Virus record (IMG/VR): IMGVR_UViG_3300034127_000007
Coordinates: 1 to 43,247 of that record
Strand: one strand, 5' to 3'
DNA: 43,247 nt
Source of the DNA: a virus
Lineage: Duplodnaviria > Caudoviricetes
This document shows positions 34,901 to 43,247 of this stretch, one piece after another. The number at the start of each line of letters is the position of its first letter. Within the stretch, counting starts at the first letter, position 1. The position numbers and the translations under genes are program-made. The notes below the pieces were generated by a model that did not search any database, was not told the origin of the DNA, and saw nothing but the letters and a program-made list of their open reading frames with translations.

Positions 34901-34978
34901 TCTGCGAGTATGGTTATCCCATTCATTAATGCAATGCCGGGCACCGCTGCTGTGTTGGATGCTTGGCGAGGAGAGTAA
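31940..34978 (+). CDS. Internal virion protein C (large ejectosome protein)
   Basis: 1012 aa, position, hydrophobic Gly/Ala region, GQVLGQFQSF motif. Confidence 0.85.
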   Translation: MAKGSLNVKAADAVPLDELQAALNPAQPTGLNASVADVGGEINAAKVEQYQKIQEQPIQVELDTAKDSLGDKIAAAAQESYTGYIVQAMERSYNDQYADYDPTFQGTRRAQELITSMGIEASESNLEILGRAGNADDQMELAQQLAQHHTNQEILNRHGGYALASGVLDPTTLLVDFATFGASKALTLGRLASGTLGAVAGTSLTGAADMAGRSTTGFDYVLNAGLTGGAMALFGGAGASHIASGGNFGGLGRVNIPGTNGRLAKVINDFTSETDKLMYAAPDSAAVLKPLMDDPVRRTTSLTNNNAASFLRRYGNEFDGYMASYDGLLEQGLKEQQGWSFVSRKLDLSGKYGTARDDLNKRVAEELLRRNDDWQKFGNVMHDPHLDPLVKKLADESDRIHAAIGEKARDAGVRGFENFQAQPGYFHRSWNESLIQGIERAHPGTARALIAQSALAGIKGIGADEADAIATALLQRVKDKAHGTRSDFMGGLGKTDNQFIREAMEASKMPQPKIDSIMAKIEQKASDQGTTKYGKHRLSFDMTASIKTADGTTYRMSDLIDTDLDRVMENYTSSMAGRTALAKAGVAGDDAELEALKRNYMATLKDLPLAKQNELMDQLEGLIGDFTGNRPAQNVLGPVAQRVKAIADATMLSGSGLWQVAEYTTLAQRHGLVQTGKAFFKAFPGVKQILHSAKQNPDLADELATVLQVDLARDVRVRPWKRQHDVNLSSSDTKFDRLLHAGKQAVPYLNGMKYIQANQARMNANLALNKLARAAQGDAGALKQIMEYAPDLDWPRVKQALLDNATYNGKNATSMNWGGWAKADIDSTMNVALRIMDDALLFGRPGQGSSFSRSAVGQVLGQFQSFVALAHNKTLRGTLNTSGVGALATVLAYQYPATFLMVMVNEARKGQLDTSDAGLTKVAKGALGYTAGLGFFSGAASIAGLTGGRAGMSVPLTGIMDAPARALGGINKMYEGEYRSGSADIAKSASMVIPFINAMPGTAAVLDAWRGE
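34346..34368 (+). promoter_or_regulatory. Late phage promoter inside internal virion protein C, upstream of tailspike
   Basis: GATAATGCGACATACAATGGTAA. Confidence 0.7.
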
Positions 34979-34979
34979 C

Positions 34980-37979
34980 TTGGCTCAAATCCCACCGGTA
35001 AGTAACTCTTACGTCGGGGATGGTATTACTAAGATTTACGACATTGATTTTGTATTTCTCAAAAAGTCGGAAGTCTTCGCGAACGTGAACGGGGTTCCTG
35101 CCCCGTTCACTTGGTTGGCCGGTTCGGACTCGTCTATCGAGTTCGTGACCGCGCCGCCTGCACTCGCAATCATCCGTGTATACCGCTCCACCTTAGCGTA
35201 CACCACGCTACACATCTTTCAGAACGGCGTACCCTTCCTACCTCGTTACATCGACGAGAACAATAAGCAAATGTTGTACGTTGCGCAGGAAGCCACGTTT
35301 GTGTCTACCGCCGCAATGGACATCGCTAACGAGGTGTTGGTACGTATCAACGCTGCGGAAGACGTGGCAGACCTCGCGCTGCTTACCTCCAACGAAGCCA
35401 AGTCAATCGCGAACAACGCGAATACCAACGCCGGTATCGCCCTCACGCAAGCCAGTCAAGCGAAGACAATCGCCGAGGGTATCGACGCGAAGGCAACGCA
35501 GGCGCTCACCACCGCGAACGCGGCAGACGCCAAGGCCGACGAGGCGCTGGAGGCAGTACAGCAGGCAGGTGTGGCATCCTTTAACGGACGTGCCGGCATC
35601 GTGGTGCCGGGTAACGCCGACTACACGTCCGGTATGATCGGGTACAAGACGCGCGATGTGCAAGCACGCCTAGACGAGTTGGTTAGTGTTGTCGATTACG
35701 CGGACCTGCGCAGCGCCCTCGCAACTGGTGCTATGGTCCGCGTCCCGGCCACCGTGCCAACCCTGACTGTATCCGCAGCAGACACGCCGTTCGTGTTACC
35801 CCAACTGTACCGCATCAGCGCAGAGGGTGACTTGACTATCTATCTGGAGGCAGGTACACATACGGTCGCAATGGGTGACCTGATGCGCGTGGGTGTCCGT
35901 AACTCCACCATTAAGGTTGTCGGCGTAGCCCCTACCGAGACAAAGGCCACAGCGGTAGCGAGTATCACCGGTAGCGCTAATGACTGGTCCATTACGTACA
36001 ACGTACCGGACACTGTCGGCGCTGCTGTCGGTGATTACGCCAAGCTGTTCGACGCCGGGCCGTTGCCTGTACTGAACGGGGATAACGCCGCGTCGTACGT
36101 GTTGCGCGAGTACCCGCAGAAGGGTGAACTGTCGGCACCGCCGTCGTTTAACGTCGGCCCTGTAAGTATCGTAGCAGGTACTAACGTAGCGACATTCCTG
36201 TCCGTTGGAGCTGGTAAAGCCCTAACTGACTTTATGAAAGTCGGTGACCTGTTGACGGCTTACGGTCAAACCCGCGAGATTCAGACAGTAAGTACCACAT
36301 CTGTAACGGTTATCGGCAACTGGACTAAGTCCACGGCTAACTTGCCAGCGTACTACATCACCCGCGCAAGTGCTGGTACTATCGGTACAGGTGGCGTAGC
36401 TAGCGCAACAGTCACCGGTACTGGCTCCAACTTCGCAGGTGAAGGTAACCCCGGCGACGTGTTGTTGGTAAACGGCGCACTAGTTAGAATCCTCACCATT
36501 ACTGGTGCAGGTACTATGCTCGTGGACATGCCCGTTACTATCACGAACGGCACCAAGTACACGATCCTACAATCCGCCGCCTGTCTCCACGAGGGTGTAC
36601 ACGAGATTACCGCCGTATCGGGTTCGACTATTACCGTACGCAACAGATGCCCGATTAAGCCGCCAATTGTCGGCGTGACTGTGGACGAGTTCCGTATTAT
36701 CAAAACCGTGTTGAAGCAGACAGGGGCCGGTGACGGTATCGTGTGCGACCAAAACGGCTCGCTACGTGAACTTAATAACGTGGTACTGTGCGGCCCCGGT
36801 TCCGGTGGTGGTGTTGGTCTGTTGCTACAAAGCCGTATCCCTGCCGAGGTATCTAGCGGCGGTACTTCTTTCGGCGACGTAACACAGCACGGTCTGCGGG
36901 GTACTATCCTGCTGGGTGAGAACGTAGGTGTAACACGATTCCTACGCGGGGCGATGGTCGGTCACGGCTGCCTGTTGAACGGACGTAAACTAGCTGTCAC
37001 GAATAACCAAGGCTTCGGCGTATGGGTAATCGACGGTGGTTACGCCAACCTGCGACGTGCATGTATCTCGGGTGGTAGCATCGGGCTGCTGGTTAACTCC
37101 GGTGGTGGTGCTGTTATTACTGAGGTCCGTCTGTGCGGCACAACCGGCGACGGTCTGCGCTCTGACGCTAACGCCAGCGTGTACGGTGAAGCACCTATGG
37201 CTGTGGCCTGCGGTGGTATGGGTTACCGTGTAATGGACTCGTCCAAGGCCCACTGGACAGATGGCGTCGCGTTGCTGTGCCTCTCCGGGTTCTACTTGGA
37301 CGGCGGCAGTGCGCGTATCGACCGTACAGTGGTCGGTGCCAATACCCGCTGCGGCTTGGAAGGCACCGAGCAAGTCGATGTACGTGCGTCCTACGCTTGG
37401 GTATCCGGTACGAGTAACACAGCCGGGCCGGGTTACGGTGTGCAGTTGGGTTCCGGTTCTACACTCGTGGCCGTGAGTGCCACTATCACAGGTAACGAGG
37501 TGGCCGACGTGGCTATCCCTGCCATCGCGGCGGGTGCTACGGCTATCCTACAGACGTGTAACTACGGTACATTGTCCGGTGTTGTACGGGTGAACAGCCC
37601 GAACAACAACGGCTCTGTGGTGTGGGATACTTCCGGTGTGGATACCGGTAGCTCTGTGCCAACCATCGGTGCCGCTAGCGGTACAGGTGGTACGGTTAGT
37701 GCCGTGGGGTTCAAGTGGACTCGTGACAAGGATCGTTACTACTTCGACGGGCGTGTAACAGTGAACACCCTAGGTACATGGGCAGGTTATCTGACTATGA
37801 GCCTGCCATTCACTGCGGCCGAGGTAACTCCGTTCATCGGTGTAAACCTCACCACCGGCGCCGTTGTTAGCGGACACATCAGCGGCAACGAGGCACGTAT
37901 CTACGCGGCCAGCGGCGCGCCTACATTCCCTGTAGCAGCCGGAGCCACACTATCTATTGGCGGCAACGTACGCGCCTAA
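34980..37979 (+). CDS. Tail fibre / tailspike (T7 gp17-like anchor, beta-helix receptor-binding region)
   Basis: AGGAG SD plus TTG; N-terminal GDG..YDIDF.FL...IRVYRST anchor, coiled coil, SFNGRAG motif, Gly/Cys-rich beta-helix-like repeats. Confidence 0.9.
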   Translation: MAQIPPVSNSYVGDGITKIYDIDFVFLKKSEVFANVNGVPAPFTWLAGSDSSIEFVTAPPALAIIRVYRSTLAYTTLHIFQNGVPFLPRYIDENNKQMLYVAQEATFVSTAAMDIANEVLVRINAAEDVADLALLTSNEAKSIANNANTNAGIALTQASQAKTIAEGIDAKATQALTTANAADAKADEALEAVQQAGVASFNGRAGIVVPGNADYTSGMIGYKTRDVQARLDELVSVVDYADLRSALATGAMVRVPATVPTLTVSAADTPFVLPQLYRISAEGDLTIYLEAGTHTVAMGDLMRVGVRNSTIKVVGVAPTETKATAVASITGSANDWSITYNVPDTVGAAVGDYAKLFDAGPLPVLNGDNAASYVLREYPQKGELSAPPSFNVGPVSIVAGTNVATFLSVGAGKALTDFMKVGDLLTAYGQTREIQTVSTTSVTVIGNWTKSTANLPAYYITRASAGTIGTGGVASATVTGTGSNFAGEGNPGDVLLVNGALVRILTITGAGTMLVDMPVTITNGTKYTILQSAACLHEGVHEITAVSGSTITVRNRCPIKPPIVGVTVDEFRIIKTVLKQTGAGDGIVCDQNGSLRELNNVVLCGPGSGGGVGLLLQSRIPAEVSSGGTSFGDVTQHGLRGTILLGENVGVTRFLRGAMVGHGCLLNGRKLAVTNNQGFGVWVIDGGYANLRRACISGGSIGLLVNSGGGAVITEVRLCGTTGDGLRSDANASVYGEAPMAVACGGMGYRVMDSSKAHWTDGVALLCLSGFYLDGGSARIDRTVVGANTRCGLEGTEQVDVRASYAWVSGTSNTAGPGYGVQLGSGSTLVAVSATITGNEVADVAIPAIAAGATAILQTCNYGTLSGVVRVNSPNNNGSVVWDTSGVDTGSSVPTIGAASGTGGTVSAVGFKWTRDKDRYYFDGRVTVNTLGTWAGYLTMSLPFTAAEVTPFIGVNLTTGAVVSGHISGNEARIYAASGAPTFPVAAGATLSIGGNVRA

Positions 37980-37997
37980 CAAAAGGAGTACCAAGGA

Positions 37998-38282
37998 ATG
38001 GCAGCTAAACAGTCATTCCTTGGGGAGCTGCACGAGTTCCTGGCAGAGCAAATGCTGTTAGAAATGAAATGGTACAGGGACAACGAAATCCCTGTACCCG
38101 CAGCGGATAAAGCCGCTGTTGCAAAGTTCCTCAAGGATAATCTCATTACTTGCGACCCAGCAGACCAAGCCGACTTGGAGAAGCTGCGTAACGAGTTCCA
38201 AGAAGCCCGTAAACTGCGGCAGTCGAAAGCGCTGGAGTCCGTCAAGTTGGCGGAGTCTGATATCGAGGCGCTGTACGGTTAA
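37998..38282 (+). CDS. Terminase small subunit (DNA maturase A)
   Basis: LGELHE...IPVPAADKAAVAKFLKDNLIT motif; position. Confidence 0.9.
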   Translation: MAAKQSFLGELHEFLAEQMLLEMKWYRDNEIPVPAADKAAVAKFLKDNLITCDPADQADLEKLRNEFQEARKLRQSKALESVKLAESDIEALYG

Positions 38283-38290
38283 GGAGAAAC

Positions 38291-40078
38291 ATGGACAATC
38301 GCCAGCGTTGGGCTAAGGCCCAGCTTGTGCGGGATATGTACCCTGAGTTTGTAGACTTCTGCCGCGAGGCTATGGAATACCTCGGGTTCAAGTTGACGTG
38401 GATGCAGGCCGATATGGCGCACTTCATGCAACACGGTCCCAACGAGCAAATGGTACAAGCCCAACGAGGCGAGGCCAAATCCACCGTCGCATGCCTGTAC
38501 GGCGTGTGGTCCCTGACCCAAAACCCTAGCGTTCGCGTGATGCTCGTATCTGGTGCCGAGGACAAGGCCAAGGAGAACGGTATCCTGATGAAACGGCTTA
38601 TCATGCAGTGGGAAATCCTCGATTACCTGCGCCCTGATAAGTCTGCGGGCGACCGTACGTCAGACCTTGAGTTCGACGTGCACTGGTCGCTGCGCGGCGT
38701 GGATAAGTCCGCATCGGTTAACTGCCTCGGCCTTACTGGCTCGTTGCAGGGCTACCGGGCAGACATACTAATCCCCGACGACATCGAGACAACCAAGAAC
38801 GGTCTAACGGCCACCGGGCGCGAACACATCGCCCTGCTGTCCCGTGAATTCTCGTCAATCGTGACACACGGTCGTATCATGTACTTGGGCACCCCGCAGA
38901 CGCGAGAGTCCATCTATAACGGCCTGCCGCGCCGGGGTTACGAGGTCCGTATCTGGCCGGGCCGCTTCCCTTCCCACGAAGAGGAAGAGCGCTACGGCGA
39001 ACACCTCGCACCGAGCATCACCGAGCGTCTAGCGATCCTTGGCGACAAGTGCCGCAGCGGTCGCGGGCTGGATGGCTCCCGTGGTTGGAGTACCGACCCG
39101 GAACGCTACACCGAAGAAGACCTTTGCAAGAAAGAGCTTGACCAAGGGCCGGAAGGCTTTCAGTTGCAGTTCATGCTGGATACTACGCTGTCCGATGCCA
39201 TGCGTCAACAGCTCAAGCTGCGCGATTTGATCTTTGGCGACTTCGGGGACATGGTTCCTGAACGTCTGTCGTGGGCCGCTGACAAGCGCCTGCGCATGGA
39301 CATCCCTAAAGAGTTCCCGCTAGCCAAGGCAGAGCTACACCTTGCGGCGCATATCTCCGAAGCCTTCTGCCCTGTGCAAAACGTCACAATGACCGTTGAC
39401 CCTGCGTCTGACGGCGGTGACGAGCTTGCATTCGCAATTGGCGGTGTATGTGGCCCGTACGTGCATCTTTTGGCGGTGGGTGGCTTCCGTGGTGGCTTCG
39501 CAGAAGACAACCTAGAGAAGTTGGTAGAGCTGGTTATTCGCTTCCGTGTCCGCGTCGTGCTCGTAGAGCGCAACATGGGTGCCGGTGCTGTAACTAAGCT
39601 GATTCAAAACTACTTCAATGGCATTGACGAGGTGACGGGTAAGCGCCGGGTAACTGGCTGCGGTATCGACGAACGTTGGGCATCCGGTCAGAAAGAGAAG
39701 CGCATAGTGGACACCCTGCGGCCTGTTATTCAGCGCCACCGGTTGATCGTTCACAAGGCGGCTCTCGACATGGACTTGGACATGTTGAAGCAGTACCCGA
39801 TGGACAAGCGCTCTGTTCGCTCGTTCTTCCACCAGTTGCACAGCATCACGACGGACAAAGGCTCTCTTGAGAAAGACGACCGACTGGACGCCGTAGAGGC
39901 ACTTGTACGTGAGCTTGTCGGCTTCCTTGTCGTGGACGAGGAACAGGAGCAACGCAAGCGGGAAGCAGCCGAGGTCAAAGACTTTATGAATGACCCGCTA
40001 GGCTCTAACGCCCGCAAAACCGCACCACCTAAACAAACACAACGCTCACACCGCGCAATGAGGCGCAGAGGTATGTAA
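38291..40078 (+). CDS. Terminase large subunit (DNA maturase B)
   Basis: QAQRGEAKST Walker A, LQGYRADILIPDDIE, YLGTPQ, VDPASDGGDE, DDRLDA nuclease motifs. Confidence 0.95.
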   Translation: MDNRQRWAKAQLVRDMYPEFVDFCREAMEYLGFKLTWMQADMAHFMQHGPNEQMVQAQRGEAKSTVACLYGVWSLTQNPSVRVMLVSGAEDKAKENGILMKRLIMQWEILDYLRPDKSAGDRTSDLEFDVHWSLRGVDKSASVNCLGLTGSLQGYRADILIPDDIETTKNGLTATGREHIALLSREFSSIVTHGRIMYLGTPQTRESIYNGLPRRGYEVRIWPGRFPSHEEEERYGEHLAPSITERLAILGDKCRSGRGLDGSRGWSTDPERYTEEDLCKKELDQGPEGFQLQFMLDTTLSDAMRQQLKLRDLIFGDFGDMVPERLSWAADKRLRMDIPKEFPLAKAELHLAAHISEAFCPVQNVTMTVDPASDGGDELAFAIGGVCGPYVHLLAVGGFRGGFAEDNLEKLVELVIRFRVRVVLVERNMGAGAVTKLIQNYFNGIDEVTGKRRVTGCGIDERWASGQKEKRIVDTLRPVIQRHRLIVHKAALDMDLDMLKQYPMDKRSVRSFFHQLHSITTDKGSLEKDDRLDAVEALVRELVGFLVVDEEQEQRKREAAEVKDFMNDPLGSNARKTAPPKQTQRSHRAMRRRGM

Positions 40079-40287
40079 TGAAAGACATGCTTATGGACCG
40101 GGCGGCTACTGCCTCCCCGTCCGTTGGCTACATCGGCGCGACTGTGGCCGGTCTGCCAATTCCCACAATCGTGACCATCCTTACCGGTGTGCTCGTATCC
40201 CTGCAAATCTACAAGGCTGTAACCGAGATTATCGCGGCACGGCGTAAGGTGAAAGCAGATGCAAATCCTACAGAACCGACTGCTTAA
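40078..40287 (+). CDS. Holin (pinholin-type)
   Basis: 69 aa hydrophobic protein directly before a SAR endolysin. Confidence 0.8.
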   Translation: MKDMLMDRAATASPSVGYIGATVAGLPIPTIVTILTGVLVSLQIYKAVTEIIAARRKVKADANPTEPTA

Positions 40288-40759
40288 CCTCGGCGCTACT
40301 GGTGCGATCCTGCTGGCGTCCTGCTTCCTCGGGCCAGCGGAAGAGCTGCGCCTTGTGACATACCCCGACATCGGCGGCGTGCCTACGTGGTGCTACGGCC
40401 AGACCGTGGGCACGCCGAAGGCGCGGTACACCGTCAAGGAGTGCGACAAGGACTTACTGGTGTCCGTCGGTAAGTACGTCGATGGACTCAAGCCGTATAC
40501 TGCTGGGGCTCCTGCCTCGGTGGTGGCTGCCATGGCGTCGGTGCAGTACAACACACAGGCACCCGGTAAACCGCACTCGTTGTTCCTGGCCCCACTGGCC
40601 CGGAAGGACTGGCGGGGCGCCTGTGCCGCTATTACAGCCCCGTGGAAGGGCAAGCACGGCATAGCCAAGGGATTCAAGGCAACGGTGGGCGGTAAGCCTG
40701 TCCGGGGCTTGGAGAACCGGCGAGCCAAGGAGTACGCCTTGTGCGTGAGCGACTTGTGA
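40259..40759 (+). CDS. SAR endolysin (lysozyme family)
   Basis: N-terminal Gly/Ala-rich weak TM segment; E-8x-D-5x-T triad (EELRLVTYPDIGGVPTWCYG); GLENRRAKE...C. Confidence 0.92.
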   Translation: MQILQNRLLNLGATGAILLASCFLGPAEELRLVTYPDIGGVPTWCYGQTVGTPKARYTVKECDKDLLVSVGKYVDGLKPYTAGAPASVVAAMASVQYNTQAPGKPHSLFLAPLARKDWRGACAAITAPWKGKHGIAKGFKATVGGKPVRGLENRRAKEYALCVSDL

Positions 40760-41034
40760 TGCTGGTGGTCATTGTGCTACTGGCTGCCCTATCGTGGTAC
40801 GGCTTCCGTGACGCGCTAGAGCAGCGGCAGGCCGTCACCCGGCTAGAGCTATCCCTAAAGAACGAACGTGCCCGTACGGCGCGTATACAGGCCCAAGTGG
40901 TCAAGGTAGAGACGGAACGTGACAAGGCACAACGCGGCCTTGCTGCGGCTCTTAAGGCAAGCAAGGGGTGGGCTGATAGCCCTGCCCCTGTGCCTGTCCG
41001 TGACGAGCTGTGCAAGCGTCTCAGGTGTAAATGA
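40741..41034 (+). CDS. rz: Inner-membrane spanin
   Basis: AAGGAG SD, N-terminal TM, coiled coil, C-terminal P.P...LC. Confidence 0.85.
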   Translation: MRERLVMLVVIVLLAALSWYGFRDALEQRQAVTRLELSLKNERARTARIQAQVVKVETERDKAQRGLAAALKASKGWADSPAPVPVRDELCKRLRCK

Positions 41035-41230
41035 GTTCATCCCATGTGTCCACCCGTCCGTCGATCTAACGTCGAACGGCGGGTACGCGCAAGGGCTACT
41101 GGACTACCACACGGCGCTGGAGCGCTGTAACGCAATCAATGGAGTTGAAAGTGTCCATATCGACAGCAACGCGGGGAGAGCTGGACCCGTACCTAACCCG
41201 GCTGAAACTGGTGGCGCAGGAGCTATCTAA
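40919..41230 (+). CDS. rz1: Outer-membrane spanin lipoprotein
   Basis: Overlaps Rz in another frame; lipobox VTS-C; C.HP...ALERCN. Confidence 0.8.
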   Translation: MTRHNAALLRLLRQARGGLIALPLCLSVTSCASVSGVNEFIPCVHPSVDLTSNGGYAQGLLDYHTALERCNAINGVESVHIDSNAGRAGPVPNPAETGGAGAI

Positions 41231-41927
41231 GGCCGTACAAGGCCCGCGACGCATTCCGCTGGACGCAGACCAATCTGTGGCAGTTACGAACCTGTCCGCT
41301 GACCTTGCGGCGATTATGGAAGACCTAGGCATAGTGGCTGCGGGTAGCCCGTCGCTGGAGCCTTACGAGATTGTGGTAGACACCCGCGCCCCTGTGCCCG
41401 TCAAGGACACTGACACGGGTGTGACGATCCAATCGAAGATCGCGACCGACGGCGGCATACCATACGTGCAAATCACTGGCGGTAGTACTGCGCTTGTGCA
41501 GGACGGTACGGTGTTCACCGTTAAGGATGGCGTGAATACTCGTGTGAACTTTACCAGCCGTATCGCTAACGGCGTGCCGCTGGAGGGTGCGCTTGAGTCG
41601 TTCACCACTGTGCTAAAGGACGGCGCGGACATCATTGTGTACGACGCGTTGAACGTGGCGACCCCTGCAACACTTAAGGTCGCAGCTAACGGTGGGCGTC
41701 AAGTTGATTTGCCGTTCCCTCGGCGCTTTATCACCTTGGGTAATACGTACCCGGTGAAGAACTCCACAGGCACGCTGTCGGTGAACGCTAACGCTGTGTA
41801 CGCGAGTGGCCTCGGCTTCCAACTGCTGTCGGACGCTGCACTGGTTATCGACGGTGCGGTATTCAACAAACCGGGCGGCGGCACCATGACCGCCAAGATT
41901 GTAAACGGCAACGCAACATTTATCTAA
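41151..41927 (+). CDS. Putative minor structural/decoration protein with beta-rich repeats
   Basis: GGAG SD before GTG 41151 (alternative ATG 41139); position equivalent to phiKMV gp47/48; internal repeats. Confidence 0.7.
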   Translation: MSISTATRGELDPYLTRLKLVAQELSKAVQGPRRIPLDADQSVAVTNLSADLAAIMEDLGIVAAGSPSLEPYEIVVDTRAPVPVKDTDTGVTIQSKIATDGGIPYVQITGGSTALVQDGTVFTVKDGVNTRVNFTSRIANGVPLEGALESFTTVLKDGADIIVYDALNVATPATLKVAANGGRQVDLPFPRRFITLGNTYPVKNSTGTLSVNANAVYASGLGFQLLSDAALVIDGAVFNKPGGGTMTAKIVNGNATFI

Positions 41928-41943
41928 CTCAGGAGCTACAACT

Positions 41944-42135
41944 ATGGCCGGTATCGTATCCGCAACCGTAACGCAAATCGAAGAGGCACACCGAGCGCTA
42001 GTAGCAGCGGCACCCGCCCTGCAACTGTTCAACCAAGGCACCTTCCGCCCTACCAAGATTACACCGGCACAAGTCACCGAGATTGACGCACTGCTGGCAA
42101 CCCTCAAGGCTAAGTTGGCGCTGCTGACTACCTGA
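41944..42135 (+). CDS. Small putative structural protein (63 aa)
   Basis: AGGAG SD; helical; N-terminus resembles both neighbours. Confidence 0.75.
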   Translation: MAGIVSATVTQIEEAHRALVAAAPALQLFNQGTFRPTKITPAQVTEIDALLATLKAKLALLTT

Positions 42136-42168
42136 TACATCCTCGGGCGCTACGGCGCCCATCCCTTC

Positions 42169-42184
42169 TGTTAATGAGGTAACA
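42169..42184. promoter_or_regulatory. Quasi-palindromic operator-like site 6 (TGTTAATGAGGTAACA)
   Basis: 13/16 match; intergenic, overlapping the SD of the last gene. Confidence 0.5.
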
Positions 42185-42186
42185 CC

Positions 42187-42615
42187 ATGTCTTACGCTTC
42201 CGCAACTGGCGCACAACGCGTCGCTGTGAACACTGCTGCAATGAAACTGGCTACTGGCACTCAAGCTGCACGCCACGGCCATAACCCTTCTGGCGTATCG
42301 AACGATGCTGATGTACCGGCGCTGTGCGCTGCAATGACTGCCGCAATCAATGGCGCAGGTGAAGGCACGTCGCCTACTCAGGTGGTTGTATCTGATGGTG
42401 GCGCAGTAACCGTGATGGGTAAAGGTGACACCCAAGGGTACTCGGCTGTCGCTAAGGTGGCTGGCGGTGTGCTTACCAAAGTGGAGTTCGTACAAACCAC
42501 GACCTGCGTAGTTAACGCCGGCCTGTTGGGTGGTGTGACTGTCTCCGGTTCTGGCACCAAGGCTACGGCTGTCGTGACTAATGGCCAGCTCACTGGTATC
42601 ACCCTGTCCACGTAA
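42187..42615 (+). CDS. Putative minor structural protein (142 aa)
   Basis: GAGG SD; N-terminal SATxxQ helical module plus Gly/Thr/Val-rich C-terminus. Confidence 0.78.
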   Translation: MSYASATGAQRVAVNTAAMKLATGTQAARHGHNPSGVSNDADVPALCAAMTAAINGAGEGTSPTQVVVSDGGAVTVMGKGDTQGYSAVAKVAGGVLTKVEFVQTTTCVVNAGLLGGVTVSGSGTKATAVVTNGQLTGITLST

Positions 42616-42622
42616 CACCGAA

Positions 42623-42725
42623 GTGTAAAGGTGCTTGACGAACTGATGGGCACCCGTGCTATGCTGTGCGGTTGCCTGTCGTTCCTGTCTGACCTCCTGT
42701 CGATTCCTGTGTAAAGGTGCTTGAC
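42623..42725 (+). repeat. 17-bp direct repeat GTGTAAAGGTGCTTGAC (x2) flanking short CCTGT(C) repeats
   Basis: Copies at 42623-42639 and 42709-42725; four CCTGT units between them. Confidence 0.7.
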
Positions 42726-42777
42726 TTCCTGCGTGTTCTATGAGCGCCTAAATTTGGCTCACTCGTACGAGAGGCTC

Positions 42778-43247
42778 TCCGACCCCGATCACGCGTGTCT
42801 TCCCCCGTGCCCCTATCCTGTGGCTGGTCCTCGCCTCCTTTGCCGGGAGATTGTCGCTTCCATGGTGAGGATTCTACAGAGGTGTGTCGAGGGTGTCAAC
42901 CACTTCATGAGTACTGTTTGTCGTTCTATCTATCATTCACTGAGAGATTCCACCTAGCGGTGGTGCATCCTCTCGATTCTGTCTGGACTCTTGGCGCGTG
43001 CGTGCTGGCATACCTTTTTGCAGATTGGTGATTGTCTGTCTGTTGTCTGTCATTCCTCTGTCGATCCTCTGTCACTCATTGAGCCAGGTTGGTGCAGCTC
43101 TGTGATTCCACTCCGTTACCTACGTGGAGAGCAGGGCTCCGGTTCCGCCCTCTCCTACGGATTCACCATACTGTTCGTTCGCGCTATCGTTCTGCACTGC
43201 GTTTAGCTCTCTACCGCTCTCTACCATTATATGTCGCAATAAGAACT
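42778..43247. repeat. Right copy of terminal direct repeat (imperfect)
   Basis: See left copy; also carries the leftward sigma70 promoter (42871-42899) and leftward phage promoter (43221-43243). Confidence 0.8.

Noticed and set aside
1-43247. CRISPR array, tRNA/rRNA genes, integrase, introns/inteins or homing endonucleases
   Set aside because: None recognised by eye; polymerase, RNAP and terminase genes are uninterrupted and of normal size. tRNAscan/Infernal were not run.

Overview
This 43.2-kb window is an essentially complete genome of a lytic, phiKMV-like (Krylovirinae-type) Autographiviridae podophage. The host is probably Pseudomonas or a related gammaproteobacterium (inferred from the gene set). 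All credible genes lie on the + strand in the phiKMV order. The early region is driven by sigma70 promoters. It is followed by primase, helicase, ligase, family-A DNA polymerase and nucleases, then a single-subunit RNA polymerase placed after the replication genes. The late module holds portal, scaffold, capsid, tail tube, internal virion proteins, one tailspike, terminases, holin, SAR endolysin, Rz/Rz1 and three terminal structural paralogues. The ends carry a ~460-bp direct repeat whose two copies differ in the middle, possibly an assembly of two haplotypes. Most notable unexplained signals: (1) a recurrent 16-bp quasi-palindrome TGTTAA-nGnG-TTAACA at six gene junctions, with the perfect copy directly behind a winged-helix gene, a candidate operator/regulator system in a lytic phage; (2) a ~380-nt ORF-free, highly structured RNA behind tandem sigma70 promoters; (3) a phage promoter TAATGCGACATACAATGG that includes a divergent pair at the left end; (4) a 2OG-Fe(II) oxygenase plus CCA-type nucleotidyltransferase pair; (5) three unannotated envelope mini-proteins, including a lipoprotein; (6) a probable ATA start codon for the helicase. 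All family assignments come from motif recognition and synteny by eye; no searches were run.
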